The notes: generated by a model from the letters alone, not told the origin. DNA of 64,000 nucleotides from Nemertoderma westbladi (GCA_032718475.1 JAUCBJ010004109.1:31452-95451), one strand, 5' to 3'; positions 14,117 to 26,916 are shown, counted from the stretch's first letter. Numbers and translations are program-made.

Positions 14117-15075
14117 CAGTACAGAAATTATTTTCAGCTTAAATGATAGAACTTTCGCATGTTATCCACCCAAGGTCTGATGGAGTAGCCCCCAAAAAAA
14201 GTCACTATAAAATAGATATATTATTTAGCTATTAATATTATTTAGATATATTATATTATTTATTTATATTATTTATTCTTATAGCGGAATATTAAAACAT
14301 GGGTGGGAATGAATGTGACACGATTGTCTGGCCTCCCGGTTACAGGACAGTGCGAAATTCTCCAAATCCATCAGCCCTGGGTATCTTAGTTGCCATCTGC
14401 GGTAGTAGCGAGTGGATCTGGAGAGTGGATCTATATATTACTGTATCGTTTCTGTATTCTTCGCTAAAAAGTTAAGTTAGCAGAAGCTGCTTTGGAGATT
14501 ATAAAATTATCAGAACAATAATTTATTACTACTGTACTATATACAATATTCTGGTAAATAAACTGTTTTCAATCTTAATTGATGGTGATTATTTTTGGCG
14601 ATAGTGAGTTGAAATGAGTAAAACATTTTGGTTGAATATTACTATCGGACAATTTAACATTGTTAGCAATTTAGTATTTTGTTTTGTTTATGGTAACTTG
14701 GTGATTTGACTCATACCGCGCTAATTATCAATAAATAATAACAATAATTAATTTATAATACAACCGTTACATAAGAAATAAAAAGATTACATTACTAACT
14801 ACTTTAAATTTTTGAAATTGTTAATAAATATAGTAATGATCCGAGGTGGGAGGAGCAGGAGATGAGAGAGGGGGGGGGGGGGGGGGGGGTTCGACGCGAT
14901 GAATAAAAATTTGATCCCTCACCAGGAAAATTCGACACAAATAACAGCGGTTACTTCCAAAAATAAACTGTAACCTGTATAAAAAAATATAAATATAAAT
15001 TCGTCGAAATGGGGTTTGCGTCAAGTTTTCCCTCCCCTGTCTGCAAATGCTAAAATGAATTCTTATACAATTTAT

Positions 15076-16209
15076 TCAAAACTTTCGAAGACTGGTGGTT
15101 TCGGTAACTTCGTTATCTGTTTGAACTTCTTCATTAATAATACTCCTATTAACAGTTTCGTTTCTTTCAGCGCAACGAGACCGGCAACAACACATTCGTT
15201 TCATTAGGCTGCACGATTTAATATGCCACGAATTCGGCAAAACCAACAAAACAAAACTAAATATTATCAAAACCGATCCGCCAGCTTTTAGCGCCCCGAA
15301 ATAAACGCTTCTAAATATAGCGTCAATGGCAGCGTTGATAGGTATTCCAGTTAGCATTCCTATCGTAATAAACAGCGGGTAGGTGTAAATAACACCAAAA
15401 TTGACAAAGAAATTAAAAGCTAGACCGGTGGCTGACATACCCATCAGCATCTCCCATGGAATATCACTCCATTCCCAATGTTCTGTTCCAGACATTTTTA
15501 GCGCCAACACCAAAGGAGAAAAAATAATCATATTAAATATACTGAGAATAGAAATAAACAAAGCCACTTGATAAAGAGATGCATCGCCTATTATTTTCTT
15601 GAATAAAACATTGTATAGCGCTGACAGAAACGCAGCCAACAAAACCAAAGAGACAGAAAGGGCGGAAGGACCTTTAAATCCATCTTCTGACACAATAAGA
15701 ACAACACCTCCGACAGAGAGAAGCACTGAACATAACTTTAAAACGAGAACAGACTCTCCTAGAATTATCAGCGACAAGATGTAAACGAAAACGTTATTTA
15801 CGGAAAATATTGCAGTAACGTCTGTTGCTGCTTTGGTTTCTAACGCTTTCATGTAAGTGACGTTGGCCACCAACCAGATCACACTGAACAGACCAACTTT
15901 GAAAAGGAAACTTTCAAAGGTTAACCCATTTACGGAAAACACAGTGGCGGCATCTCTGTACATATCGAATAGAGACAGATCTCGTCGTCGTTTGATTAGT
16001 CTTGGTACGCAGACGATCGGGAATAAAAAGCAACCCCAGTTGGTGGTGAACCAAATCATAAATAAGGGGGCCTGGAAGTTTTTAGTCAATGTGGACTTCC
16101 CTATTTGGGTGTTGGTGGAAAAGGTAACGGCAATAAGAACCACGAGCAGTATTCCGTAGCACATCTTCTGCCTTGTTCTAACTTCAGGTTGAGGCGGCGG
16201 TGGTTCCAT
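15076..16209 (-). CDS. SLC35F3/F4-like solute carrier (EamA/DMT fold), single coding exon
   Basis: 377 aa with ~10 hydrophobic segments; motifs FQAPLFMIWFTTNW, ATDVTAIFS, ALYNVLFKKIIGDA, FNFFVNFGVIYTYPLFITIG, GIPINAAID. Confidence 0.85.
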   Translation of the reverse strand: MEPPPPQPEVRTRQKMCYGILLVVLIAVTFSTNTQIGKSTLTKNFQAPLFMIWFTTNWGCFLFPIVCVPRLIKRRRDLSLFDMYRDAATVFSVNGLTFESFLFKVGLFSVIWLVANVTYMKALETKAATDVTAIFSVNNVFVYILSLIILGESVLVLKLCSVLLSVGGVVLIVSEDGFKGPSALSVSLVLLAAFLSALYNVLFKKIIGDASLYQVALFISILSIFNMIIFSPLVLALKMSGTEHWEWSDIPWEMLMGMSATGLAFNFFVNFGVIYTYPLFITIGMLTGIPINAAIDAIFRSVYFGALKAGGSVLIIFSFVLLVLPNSWHIKSCSLMKRMCCCRSRCAERNETVNRSIINEEVQTDNEVTETTSLRKF

Positions 16210-16512
16210 CTTCTTATTTATTTTATAGCAAGTTTAATATTTAATAAACGTAGTGGTACTGGTACATACTTATTATACTTTGAAGAAAGTCGATAAGTTA
16301 CTTTACACCATGACAGTATGGTTGTACAAAACAAACCTACCGAAATAAAAGTGCTAGCTAACTACGAAACGCGCAAATTACCAAGATTTAATTGGTACAA
16401 TAATGAGTAGTCCAGTATATTGAAACAGTGAACAGTACCGGTACCTGATACTGCTGACAGTTGGCTGAGAAAACAAATAAACGGACGTTTTCTTCCTAAA
16501 CCAAGGAAGTAT

Positions 16513-16568
16513 TTCAAATATCCCGCCTTTTGTAGGAATGCCTACTGCCCAATGGTTCGCTATTGGCT
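16513..16568 (-). promoter_or_regulatory. Putative SLC35F promoter: CDE/CHR-like element plus CCAAT boxes
   Basis: Minus-strand GGCGG-GATA-TTTGAA (16513-16527); CCAAT and ATTGG at about 16549-16566. Confidence 0.4.
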
Positions 16569-16591
16569 AAATTGATTAGTGATGGTTTGTT

Positions 16592-17864
16592 GTGGGGCGA
16601 GCCACGAAGTTGGCGGAGCCTTAGCGAATTGACACTGTTAGGGGGTGGGTCAATTTATGCAAATAGTTGTCGTCGTCGTCGTCGTCGTCGTTGTCGTCGT
16701 CGTCGTTGTCGTCGTCGTCGTTGTCGTCGTCGTTACGATTTTGACATGCTAATAACTTTGTCGGATTTAAAGCTGCCAAGTTGAAAATTTGTAGGTATCA
16801 ATATAAGCAAAAGTTGAGATTTTTGAGAGACTTTCAGACACCATCAGTGCAATGGTCTCCCGCTAGAGGGCCACATGTCTAAACATTAAATGGCCACCCA
16901 TTTCTTTGCTTTTAATCCGTTTAAGCTGAAACTTGGGAAGTATGTACTAGACCATTAGCTGTAAATTTCAAAGGAGGCTAATCTGTCTGCAGTTCTCCAG
17001 TCTGCCGCTAGAGGGCGAAATGTCCCGAATGTGAAATTATTCTTCCATTTAGTTGTTTATGATCTGATTACGCTGAAACTTGTCATATATGTACTAGATG
17101 ACATCCTGAGTCTTTGTGTGGATTGTAATCGGTCCGAAGTTTTCCAGTCTCCCGCTAGAGGGCCACATGTCTAAACATTAAATGGCCACCCATTTCTTTG
17201 CTTTTAATCCGTTTAAGCTGAAACTTGGGAAGTATGTACTAGACCATTAGCTGTAAATTTCAAAGGAGGCTAATCTGTCTGCAGTTCTCCAGTCTGCCGC
17301 TAGAGGGCGAAATGTCCCGAATGTGAAATTATTCTTCCATTTAGTTGTTTATGATCTGATTACGCTGAAACTTGTCATATATGTACTAGAAGACATCCTA
17401 AGTCTTTGTGTGGACAGTAATCGGTCCGGAGTTTTCGAGTCTGCCGCTAGAGGGCGAAATGTAGGAAAGTGATAACCTTTGCGAATTCCTTGATCTTAAT
17501 CTATTTAAGCTGAATTTTGGAATATACAGTACCGGTATGTACTAGACCACATGCCTCGTCTTTGTGAGGAAGGTGATCGATCCGTAGTTCTTTAATATGC
17601 CGCTAGAGGGCTAAATGTATGAAAGTGAAAACCTTCCAACATTTCGTTATTTATGATCCGTCAATCGGAAACTTGGTAGATATGTAATAGACCATAGGCT
17701 GTGGCTTTGTAGGGAAACTAATCCTTCCTTCTTCAGTTACCCAGTCTCCCGCTAGAGGGTTAACGTTTTCCGGGAAAATCTTCTCCTATGTTTTTATAAT
17801 CCTTTCGAGTTGATACTTAGCATTAACTCATTTCACGTGCTGCGCGAAGGCCCCACTTCGTGTA
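16592..17864 (+). mobile_element. Helentron/HINE-like non-autonomous element, copy 1, with internal ~146-bp tandem units
   Basis: 5' GTGGGGCGAGCCACGAAGT and 3' GCCCCACTTCGTGTA subterminal inverted motifs; (GTC)n microsatellite near the 5' end; 7 internal units; no TSD; homologous copies at 36944 and 44504. Confidence 0.75.
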
Positions 17865-17871
17865 TCTGAAT

Positions 17872-18722
17872 GGCTCTCATGGAAAATTCGAATAGGGTTA
17901 TTGCGCAAAAATAATTGTTGGGCTAGAAACAATTAAATAAGGTGTTATGAATCGAGTGGTGGGGTGTGTTTTTTTGTAAAAACATGAAGAAACGGTCGAA
18001 ATAGCGTGTTTAAGGAGGGGTGGGGGGTCAGCACACCCCAAAATGTAACCTTACATTTTGGTTTCCCTGGTCCCTAAAATTGGGTGGAATTTATTTATTT
18101 ATTTTTGAAACTACTAAACATCGTCTGGGTAGTTTAAGAATACAGTAGACAAACAAAATATTTTTAAAATTGTCCCCCAAATGGCTCTATAATGGCCAAA
18201 AGTGCCTTTTTGCGCCAAAGGCTATTTCTCCATATTTCTTTAATATACTTCATGTAGAATGTGTACTTCATGCGTAGAATATATGTTCGGAAGACCCTTG
18301 CTTCCAATTCTTCTGAACGTTTTTAACTGAAAATTGTTTGGGGTCACTTTAGACCAAAATGGTCCAAAAAAGGGCTTTTATGGGCCATTTTGATGAAAAA
18401 TTGCATTGCCAACCAAATTTGTTCACAAGAATTATGGACAAGGGTGTTCTGAACAAGTGCACCAAATTCCAACTCATTTCAGTTAATACTAGTCGGAGAA
18501 ATAGCCCTTTTCATGAAAAACCGCCAATCTGAGATAAAGGTGTTTAGTTTAAGGACCAATTCAAACCGTCCCGCTTTTAGATAATTCTATTTTTCTTTGT
18601 GGAACAATATCTTTGTCAAAAATGAATGAAATTCAAGAAAATTTCTTGTTTGCCAAACATATACTGTATAACTAATAAAACAACTTTTTAGGAATTATAT
18701 TTATATCTGTACCATGAGAGCC
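17872..18722. mobile_element. Putative non-autonomous TIR DNA element
   Basis: 11-bp terminal inverted repeat GGCTCTCATGG / CCATGAGAGCC; no ORF; TSD not clear. Confidence 0.4.
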
Positions 18723-19597
18723 TTTTGATGAACAGGTTTTGAAAGTCTTTGGTTTGAAAAAGGTTGAAAGTTTAGAAAACTGATTGCAGATTTGAAATCT
18801 CCATTAAATTCGGCACTGTATAATAAAAAAAGTTTTTTGACAATTTACAAAATAGGCGGTTTGTTGTAGCAAAATAAGTAGAGAATTGTAAGATCCAGGC
18901 TGCCACTGAGGCCAGCAGACAGTGTTGACAGTAGGCCTATTACAATAATTATCGTACCAAATTTCGCAGCACTATTAATAATAAATTAGTTAATAATAGT
19001 ATTTTGTGTTGGAGACGACATAATAGTTCAAATGTCAGTAAATATAATAAAAAATCTATTATTATTTTAATTAAAATAATAATCATACACCAGGCTCAGG
19101 AATATTTTTATTTATTTTATATTAATATTAATTTTAGTTTTATTTCAGGTACACTAAGCCGTCTACTAATTTTCTAAAATGTTCTTAATAAAATTGCATG
19201 AAATTTGAAACAGAGATAATTTGTAAAATTTCTACTTTGAGTTCAAATATTATGAAAAAAGTGAAGGTCTTCTCCGACTGCTGTAGTTACGGGCCTTACT
19301 GCCGTTGCACGGCAGATATTCTTCGAAATCTTCGTAATAATGTTGGTGCTGATGGTAAGATTGCCTTACTTTAATGATCCTAATGTGTAAATTAATATGA
19401 ATTTTGTTGACAAATAGGAAATAGCCGAAATATAGAGGCCGTGGCGTGTGGAACTTATATGTTTTACTCAGGGCGATACTAGGGCGTATTTATAGGCCTA
19501 GGTAGTATTCAAAAAAAAAATATTCCGGAATAATATATCATTATTTTATTCCAGAAAATTACAGCTTTATTTTAACTTATTTATTTTTAACAGACAG

Positions 19598-19808
19598 CGG
19601 ACGAAATTCAATCTCCTCCAGGGGAAAATCGACGAAAATATCAGCTGTTTACTCTCAAAAATGAAATTGTTACCTGTTCTTATTGACTTTTGTTTATTGT
19701 TTTGGTTAGAAAAAGCGCCACTGGACTGTAACCTGATCCTTTACCTTAACTGATTGTTTCACATTGAGACGATATATTAATTCGCCGAGTAGAACTCATC
19801 TCCATCTC
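19598..19808 (+). repeat. Old dispersed repeat (other copies at ~14890-14980, 31614-31835, 61650-61757)
   Basis: Shared blocks GGAAAATCGAC, AACAGCTG, GTAACCTGTTC, GCCACTG and ATATTAATTCGCC across copies. Confidence 0.6.
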
Positions 19809-20076
19809 AAGGTCAAAGGGATAAAAAGACTATATATTCCCATCTAATTAATAGTTATATTTTGTTCCAGGAAATTTTGTTCGTCAATTCTAAATAATAA
19901 AAGTTAGCTGATCCAAAATTCCATAGTGAAAGTGGAAACACTCAGAGAACTGCAGCCAGAAATATAAGAAAAACAGGAAGAAAACATTATTAAATTTTTA
20001 ATTTCTTTTTCATTTTTAATTTCGCAACTAGGAAATAATAATAATAATTATAATATAAAGTCAATATTGTCAATTA

Positions 20077-21307
20077 CTAGGCGCCATTACTTAGCATAGC
20101 TATAATAGTCTGAAAGACTTCGGGGTTGTAGTTAACAGGTTGCGAGTCGCCATAGTTACAGCGTTCGTACAAGGCCTGGTCGGGGAGCCACCAGACCATA
20201 TTGCGAACCCCGGTGTCGGTGGAATCCAGATCGAGGGAGTTCAACTGGAAGACGAGAAAGTGGAACAATCTACCGTCGGTGGCGATGGCCTGAGTGACCA
20301 CGGGGAGGTCGGATGGGCGAGTTAGGGCGCGAGACAACGCCCCGGAGAATGCGGCGAATAGCGCCCGGGCGAAGAGAATCGGGGTATCGGACCAGGGCGA
20401 GTTGGGGAAGCGGCGATGGAACGGGGCGACGAACTGGGTGTGCATCGCCGGGTTCTTATAACCCGAGGAGAAACCAGTGGATATCTCGTAGTTATCTGAG
20501 TAGTCGTAGACTCTGTGTAGATCTACCGTAGGGCTGGCGGGGTAGAAACTCTCGAATCTACGAGATTCAGTAGAGAGAATCTCCCGAGAGTCCGATATTA
20601 TTGGCGCTAACGGCTGCTCGCAGGTGAGAACTCTACCGAACTTCCCGAAGACTTCGATTAGTTTCCCCTCTCGTGTCCACCGCACACGAGTCCGCACTCC
20701 CTCAGCGCCGCCCCGTTTCCATAGTTCCGGCATCCACCTCCCCAGGGTGTCTGTGAGTCTGAGGATACTCGCGACAAGATTCCCGATCCATATATCTTCC
20801 GGGACGCGCTCCAACTGGTTGTCCGTCAGTTTTGCGTGGACTATAGCGTTACGTAGCATCGCGTCTTGTATTGGGACTTCATAACGGCCCCGTAACCCTT
20901 TAATGGATGCTGGAAGGTCGTAATCGACTATTATAGATTTGGTTAGATATAGACCCTGTTTTGGTCCTTCCCACAGGATAGATCTACTGTCTCTGAATTG
21001 ATACAAAGGTTCCGACCGAAGAGTTTTAACCTTCGGATTCTACAGGATAAACTCGGTGTTCGTCGTCCACAATCTCCAACTCAGGTTTGCCTTCTAGCAC
21101 TCCCGATTCCAGAACTTCTTTCTCTAAGGTCGCCCGGTTGTCAATCATTCGCTTTACAACGAATTCGTAGTTTTTCTCCGGATCATTGTCTAGCAAACTC
21201 AAGCAGAACTTCCGATTTTGTTTGACTTTGTTTGGTATTAATAATGTTCTCGTTTTATGCATCGGATTAGAAATGGCGGCCCTTTTAGCTGCCAAATTCA
21301 GCGCCAT
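20077..21307 (-). CDS. MRPL37: Mitochondrial ribosomal protein mL37, split by a +1 frameshift near 21026-21040
   Basis: Recognised blocks LWEGPKQGLYLTKS, ESFYPASPTVDLH, PVVTQAIATDGRLFHFLVFQLNSLDLD, GVRNMVWW. The upstream 93-aa ORF has a basic presequence-like N-terminus and brings the total to ~410 aa. Confidence 0.85.
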
Positions 21308-21645
21308 CCTAACTGCCTAAAGATTTAATACCGAGGAACCCATGCAGCAATGCTATGTCGAGAGTCGAGCTTGTTTATTTAGAAAAATGCGACTGAATGG
21401 GCCTACTACGACTACCCACATACGATGTGATGTGTACCTGTATGCGAAGCTGAACTGAAATAATAAAATTTGTGTTCAAAACAGCAAAATATCAAATTTC
21501 CCGCCGCTTTTTTGTCAATGTTAGATGGGTGTTTTATTTGACATGCGCGAAATCGCGCAAAGGTCCGCGTCTACTAACGCATAAACTGTCTCCTTGAACG
21601 GCGTACTACCATTCTTCTACCAAAATATTCACCACAAATTACAAA

Positions 21646-21709
21646 ATGGGATTGAACTCGGTACCTAGAGATTCCAAGTCCAACGCTCAACCAACTTCGC
21701 TACTGCGCC
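21646..21709 (-). pseudogene. tRNA-derived fragment / SINE head
   Basis: A box TAGCGAAGTTGG and B box GAGTTCAATCCC; acceptor stem does not pair; partial duplicate at 21714-21750. Confidence 0.5.
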
Positions 21710-23594
21710 GTTAGAATCCCAAGTCCAATGATCTTCCAACTTCGCTATTATTAATCCTTATAAAGCCCAACTGGAAATTCACAACAAAGACCAACAACGG
21801 AGTAAACTAGTGTAGAGGTCTCGTTACGCGGACCTAAAAAATGTAGGTCACTATACTGTATCCTCTAGTACTTAGACTAAAGAACTATAGAGATACTGAT
21901 CCCGATGTTAAAACTCATTCGGTACACCATGTCCTGGAACAGTGTCATACAGTAATTCACCACCTAATTAATGCTCATATCCATATGGCCCATATTAAAT
22001 ACTGTATGAAACAAGGCCGAGAGCGTTCGGCACACTTTGTTATTTAGATTGCAACAGTAAAACAAGAATGGGCCATTATGTCGAGTAACCAATTTCAGAT
22101 ATGAAATCCCCATTAAATTTAGGTTTTTCTTAAGTTTATGTGTCGTGTCATCTACTCAGTGATGTAATATAAAATATGTAAACATTTGTGACATTATAAT
22201 ATTCTTGAATCATATTATATATAAAACATTACATGACTATAACACCACATACATGCATACCGGCACCACAGTATAATATTATACAGTATCTGAGTGAGAT
22301 ATATTGTAGGCCTAGGCCTAGCCTAAACAATAATCCTTATATAACAGTTTTGAATCGATCAGATAAAACAACTATTTTTAGGCCCGCGTAGCATTGTTGG
22401 TGTTGTTGTTTGTTGGTAGCGTTGTTGGTGTTGTTGTTAATATCCAGTTGGGTTTTGGTTTTAAGATTTCATACGGCGCAGTACGTAGTGACAAAGTTGC
22501 ACAGCTACGCTTACAGCTTCAAATACTTTCGTACAATATACTTTCATTTCGCGCGGTTATTCGAAAAGCAAAATGTATGTGCTACCATGCAAATGGCATT
22601 ACTTTAAGTTGCAAACTAGACGTAGATACGCTAGTAGACTGAAACCAACCTTTTAAATATTTTCAGTACCAAGACGTAAACGTTGAGAAAACATAAAGGA
22701 TCATAATAATTATATCATGCGGCGGTCCACCCACACTCCAAAGTACCCAGCAGATTCTGTGGTATTGTTTAGTTTGTTGTTTTTATATAAATTTTGAGGA
22801 AATAAATAAATTCAATTCAATTCACTTTTCAGCGTTTTATGGTCCGGGTGTAATTACAGTAGCCTATGTGTTCTAGGAATATAATGAATTTGAGTTGACC
22901 TGTTAATGCAACTGTAATATGATGTAATAACGAACCTGTCTTGATGGCGTTCTAGTATATAATGGGTTAGTTCAGAAATGGTGAAAATTGATAGGATATA
23001 ATAATATGCTACTTTATTTGTACTTTATTTACTTTATTTGTACTTTATACTTCTATTTTACTTTACTTTATATGTACTTTATTTGTACTCTTTTTCACTT
23101 TATTTATTTGTACTGTTTATTTGTACTGATCAATAAGTGGATTAGATGAGAGAGTATGGAGTGTCAGGGGGAAGTGGCTGAACTGGTTTGTCCTACTGAT
23201 GAGGCAACTTCTGAACAACTTATTACAATATCATTCATTAAAGTTGCATTAAAAGCTCAACTACGATTAATTTATTTATTAATATCACCTGGCAGCAATA
23301 CTCGAGCTGAATATTTATTTATTTCTACTTCCCTCCTGTTTCACTCTAACTGAGGCTGAAATAGTTAGCGCTGCTGATGAGGCATACATATAGCGCTGGT
23401 TCAACCCCCGGTGAGATGCTTACTAATTTTTTCCAATTTTTCTGTACAAACCATAATATTACATTATATATATTATACCGAGCCGAACGAGAGCAGCGAG
23501 AGAGGTTTACATAAATATAAAAGGGTCATAAACGCTAATTGGCCTTTTATGATTTTATGAAATTTGGTTACTATGTCACTTATACTTAATAATA

Positions 23595-26500
23595 CTCTGG
23601 AGTCCCGAATAGACGGGGCGACACGGTTGTTAATTTTTGAAAAAAAATTCACCCACAATTATCTTATTCCAGACACCCCGACTATTATTTTTTTCTAAAA
23701 AAATTAGTACAATTTTTATCATGAGTAAATAAACGTTTGTTCTCATAATAATTGAGAGTTGAAAGTTAAAGAAAACAAAAACCGTGTACCGAGTATACCA
23801 CCGGTAGCCGTAGGTACTACTGTACTTGTACGCCTATCTATACTGTATGTTAGTAAGTATGTTAAATTTTCCACCCACTACTTTAATTCCAGCCACCCCG
23901 ACTATTAGCATAATGAAATTTTTCAACCCACCCCGTTTATTCCACCCCCACTCCGTTTATTCCACCCCCACCCCGTTTATTCCACCCCCACCCCGTTTAT
24001 TCAACCCACCCCGTTTATTCCACCCCCACCCCGTTTATTCCACCCCCACCCCGTTTATTCCACCCACCCCGTTTATTCCACCCACCCCGTTTATTCCACC
24101 CACCCCGTTTATTCCACCCACCCCGTTTATTCCACCCACCCCGTTTATTCCACCCACCCCGTTTATTCCACCCACCCCGTTTATTCCACCCACCCCGTTT
24201 ATTCCACCCACCCCGTTTATTCCACCCACCCCGTTTATTCCACCCACCCCGTTTATTCCACCCACCCCGTTTATTCCACCCACGCCGTTTATTACACCCA
24301 CCCCGTTTATTCCACCCCCACCCCGTTTATTCCACACACCCCGTACATTCCACCCACCGCGTTTATTCCACCCACCCCGTTTATTCCACCCCTACCCCGT
24401 TTATTCCACCCCCACCCCGTTTATTCCACCCACCCCGTTTATTCCACCCCCACCCCGTTTATTCCACTCACCCCGTTTATTCCACCCACCCCGTTTATTC
24501 CACCCCCACCCCGTTTATTCCACCCACCGCGTTTATTCCACCCACCCCGTTTATTCCACCCACCCCGTTTATTCCACCCACCCCGTTTATTCCACCCCCC
24601 ACCCCGTTTATTCCACCCCCACCCCGTTTATTCCACCCCCACCCCGTTTATTCCACCCACCCCGTTTATTCCACCCCCACCCCGTTTATTCCACTCACCC
24701 CGTTTATTCCACCCACCCCGTTTATTCCACCCCCACCCCGTTTATTCCACCCACCCCGTTTATTCCACCCCCACCCCGTTTATTCCACCCACCCCGTTTA
24801 TTCCACCCACCCCGTTTATTCCACCCCCATCCCGTTTATTCCACCCACCCCGTTTATTCCACCCACCCCGTTTATTCCACCCACCCCGTTTATTCCACCC
24901 ACCCCGTTTATTCCACCCACCCCGTTTATTCCACCCACCACCCCGTTTATTCCACCCACCCCGTTTATTCCACCCCCACCCCGTTTATTCCACCCACCCC
25001 GTTTATTCCACCGCCACCCTGTTTATTCCACCCACCCCGTTTATTCCACCCACCCCGTTTATTCCACCCACCCCGTTTATTCCACCCACCCCGTTTATTC
25101 CACCCACCCCGTTTATTCCACCCCCCACCCCGTTTATTCCACCCACCCCGGTTATTCCACCCCCACCCCGTTTATTCCACCACCCACCCCGTTTATTCCA
25201 CCCACCCCGTTTATTCCACCCACCCCGTTTATTCCACCCCCACCCCGTTTATTCCACCCACCCCGTTTATTCCACCCACCCCGTTTATTCCACCCCCACC
25301 CCGTTTATTCCACCCACCCCGTTTATTCCACCCACCCCGTTTATTCCACCCCCCACCCCGTTTATTCCCCCCACCCCGTTTATTCCACCCACCCCGTTTA
25401 TTCCACCCACCCCGTTTATTCCACCCCCCACCCCGTTTATTCCACCCACCCCGTTTATTCCACCCCCACCCCGTTTATTCCACCCACCCCGTTTATTCCA
25501 CCCACCCCGTTTATTCCACCCCCAACCCCGTTTATTCCACCCACCCCGTTTATTCCACACCCACCCCGTTTATTCCACCCACCCCGTTTATTCCACCCAC
25601 CCCGTTTATTCCACCCACCCCGTTTATTCCACCCCCCACCCCGTTTATTCCACCCACCCCGTTTATTCCACCCCCCACCCCATTTATTCCACCCACCCCG
25701 TTTATTCCACCCACCCCGTTTATTCCACCCCCACCCCGTTTATTCCACCCACCCCGTTTATCCACCCACCCCGTTTATTCCACCCACCCCGTTTATTCCA
25801 CCCACCCCGTTTATTCCACCCCCCACCCCGTTTATTCCACCCACCCTGTTTATTCCACCCACCCCGTTTATTCCACCCCCCACCCCGTTTATTCCACCCA
25901 CCCCGTTTATTCCACCCCCACCCCGTTTATTCCACCCACGCCGTTTATTCCACCCCCGCCCCGTTTATTCCACCCCCACCCCGTTTATTCCACCCACGCC
26001 GTTTATTCCACCCACCCCGTTTATTCCACCCACCCCGTTTATTCCACCCACCCCGTTTATTCCACCCACCCCGTTTATTCCACCCACCCCGTTTATTCCA
26101 CCCACCCCGTTTATTCCACCCCCCACCCCGTTTATTCCACCCCCACCCCGTTTATTCCACCCCCACCCCGTTTATTCCACCCACCCCGTTTATTCCACAC
26201 CCACCCCGTTTATTCCACCCCCAACCCGTTTATTCCACCCCCCACCCCGTTTATTCCACCCACCCCGTTTATTCCACCCCCCACCCCGTTTATTCCACCC
26301 ACCCCGTTTATTCCACCCCCACCCCGTTTATTCCACCCCCACCCCGTTTATTCCACCCCCACCCCGTTTATTCCACCCCCACCCCGTTTATTCCACCCAC
26401 CCCGTTTATTCCACCCCCACCCCGTTTATTCCACCCCCACCCCGTTTATTCCACCCACGCCGTTTATTCCACCCACCCCGTTTATTCCACCCACCCCGTT

Positions 26501-26916
26501 TATTCCACCCCCACCCCGTTTATTCCACCCACCCCGTTTATTCCACCCACCCCGTTTATTCCACCCCCCACCCCGTTTATTCCACCCCCACCCCGTTTAT
26601 TCCACCCCCAACCCGTTTATTCCACCCACCCCGTTTATTCCACCCACCCCGTTTATTCCACCCCGTTTATTCCACCCACCCCGTTTATTCCACCCCCCAC
26701 CCCGTTTATTCCACCCCCACCCCGTTTATTCCACCCCCAACCCGTTTATTCCACCCCCCACCCCGTTTATTCCACCCACCCCGTTTATTCCACCCCCCAC
26801 CCCGTTTATTCCACCCACCCCGTTTATACCACCCACCCCGTTTATTCCACCCCCACCCCGTTTATTCCACTCACCCCGTTTATTTAATTTAATTTAATTT
26901 ACATTTAACTCCAGAG
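23595..26916. mobile_element. Tc1/mariner-like MITE expanded by an internal satellite
   Basis: TA|CTCTGGAGT ... ACTCCAGAG|TA termini with TA TSD; the left TIR continues AATAGACGGGG, complementary to the satellite core CCCCGTTTATT. Confidence 0.7.
23927..26884 (+). repeat. 18-21-bp minisatellite CCACCC(C)nACCCCGTTTATT, ~3 kb
   Basis: Directly visible tandem array; the minus strand is G-tract rich. Confidence 0.97.

Noticed and set aside
16563-16784. Arginine-rich protamine-like ORF (also at 42873 and 45175)
   Set aside because: Translation of the (GTC)n microsatellite of the HINE-like element.
16856-17760. CRISPR-like regularly spaced motif
   Set aside because: The spacers are homologous tandem units, the context is eukaryotic, and there are no cas genes.
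23175-23385. Two GCTGAA...CTGATGAGGCA units suggesting hammerhead ribozymes
   Set aside because: Stems I and III cannot be formed convincingly; a covariance-model search would settle it.
23826-26897. 1023-aa proline-rich (extensin-like) ORF
   Set aside because: It is a translation of a stop-free minisatellite whose frame wanders with C-run length.
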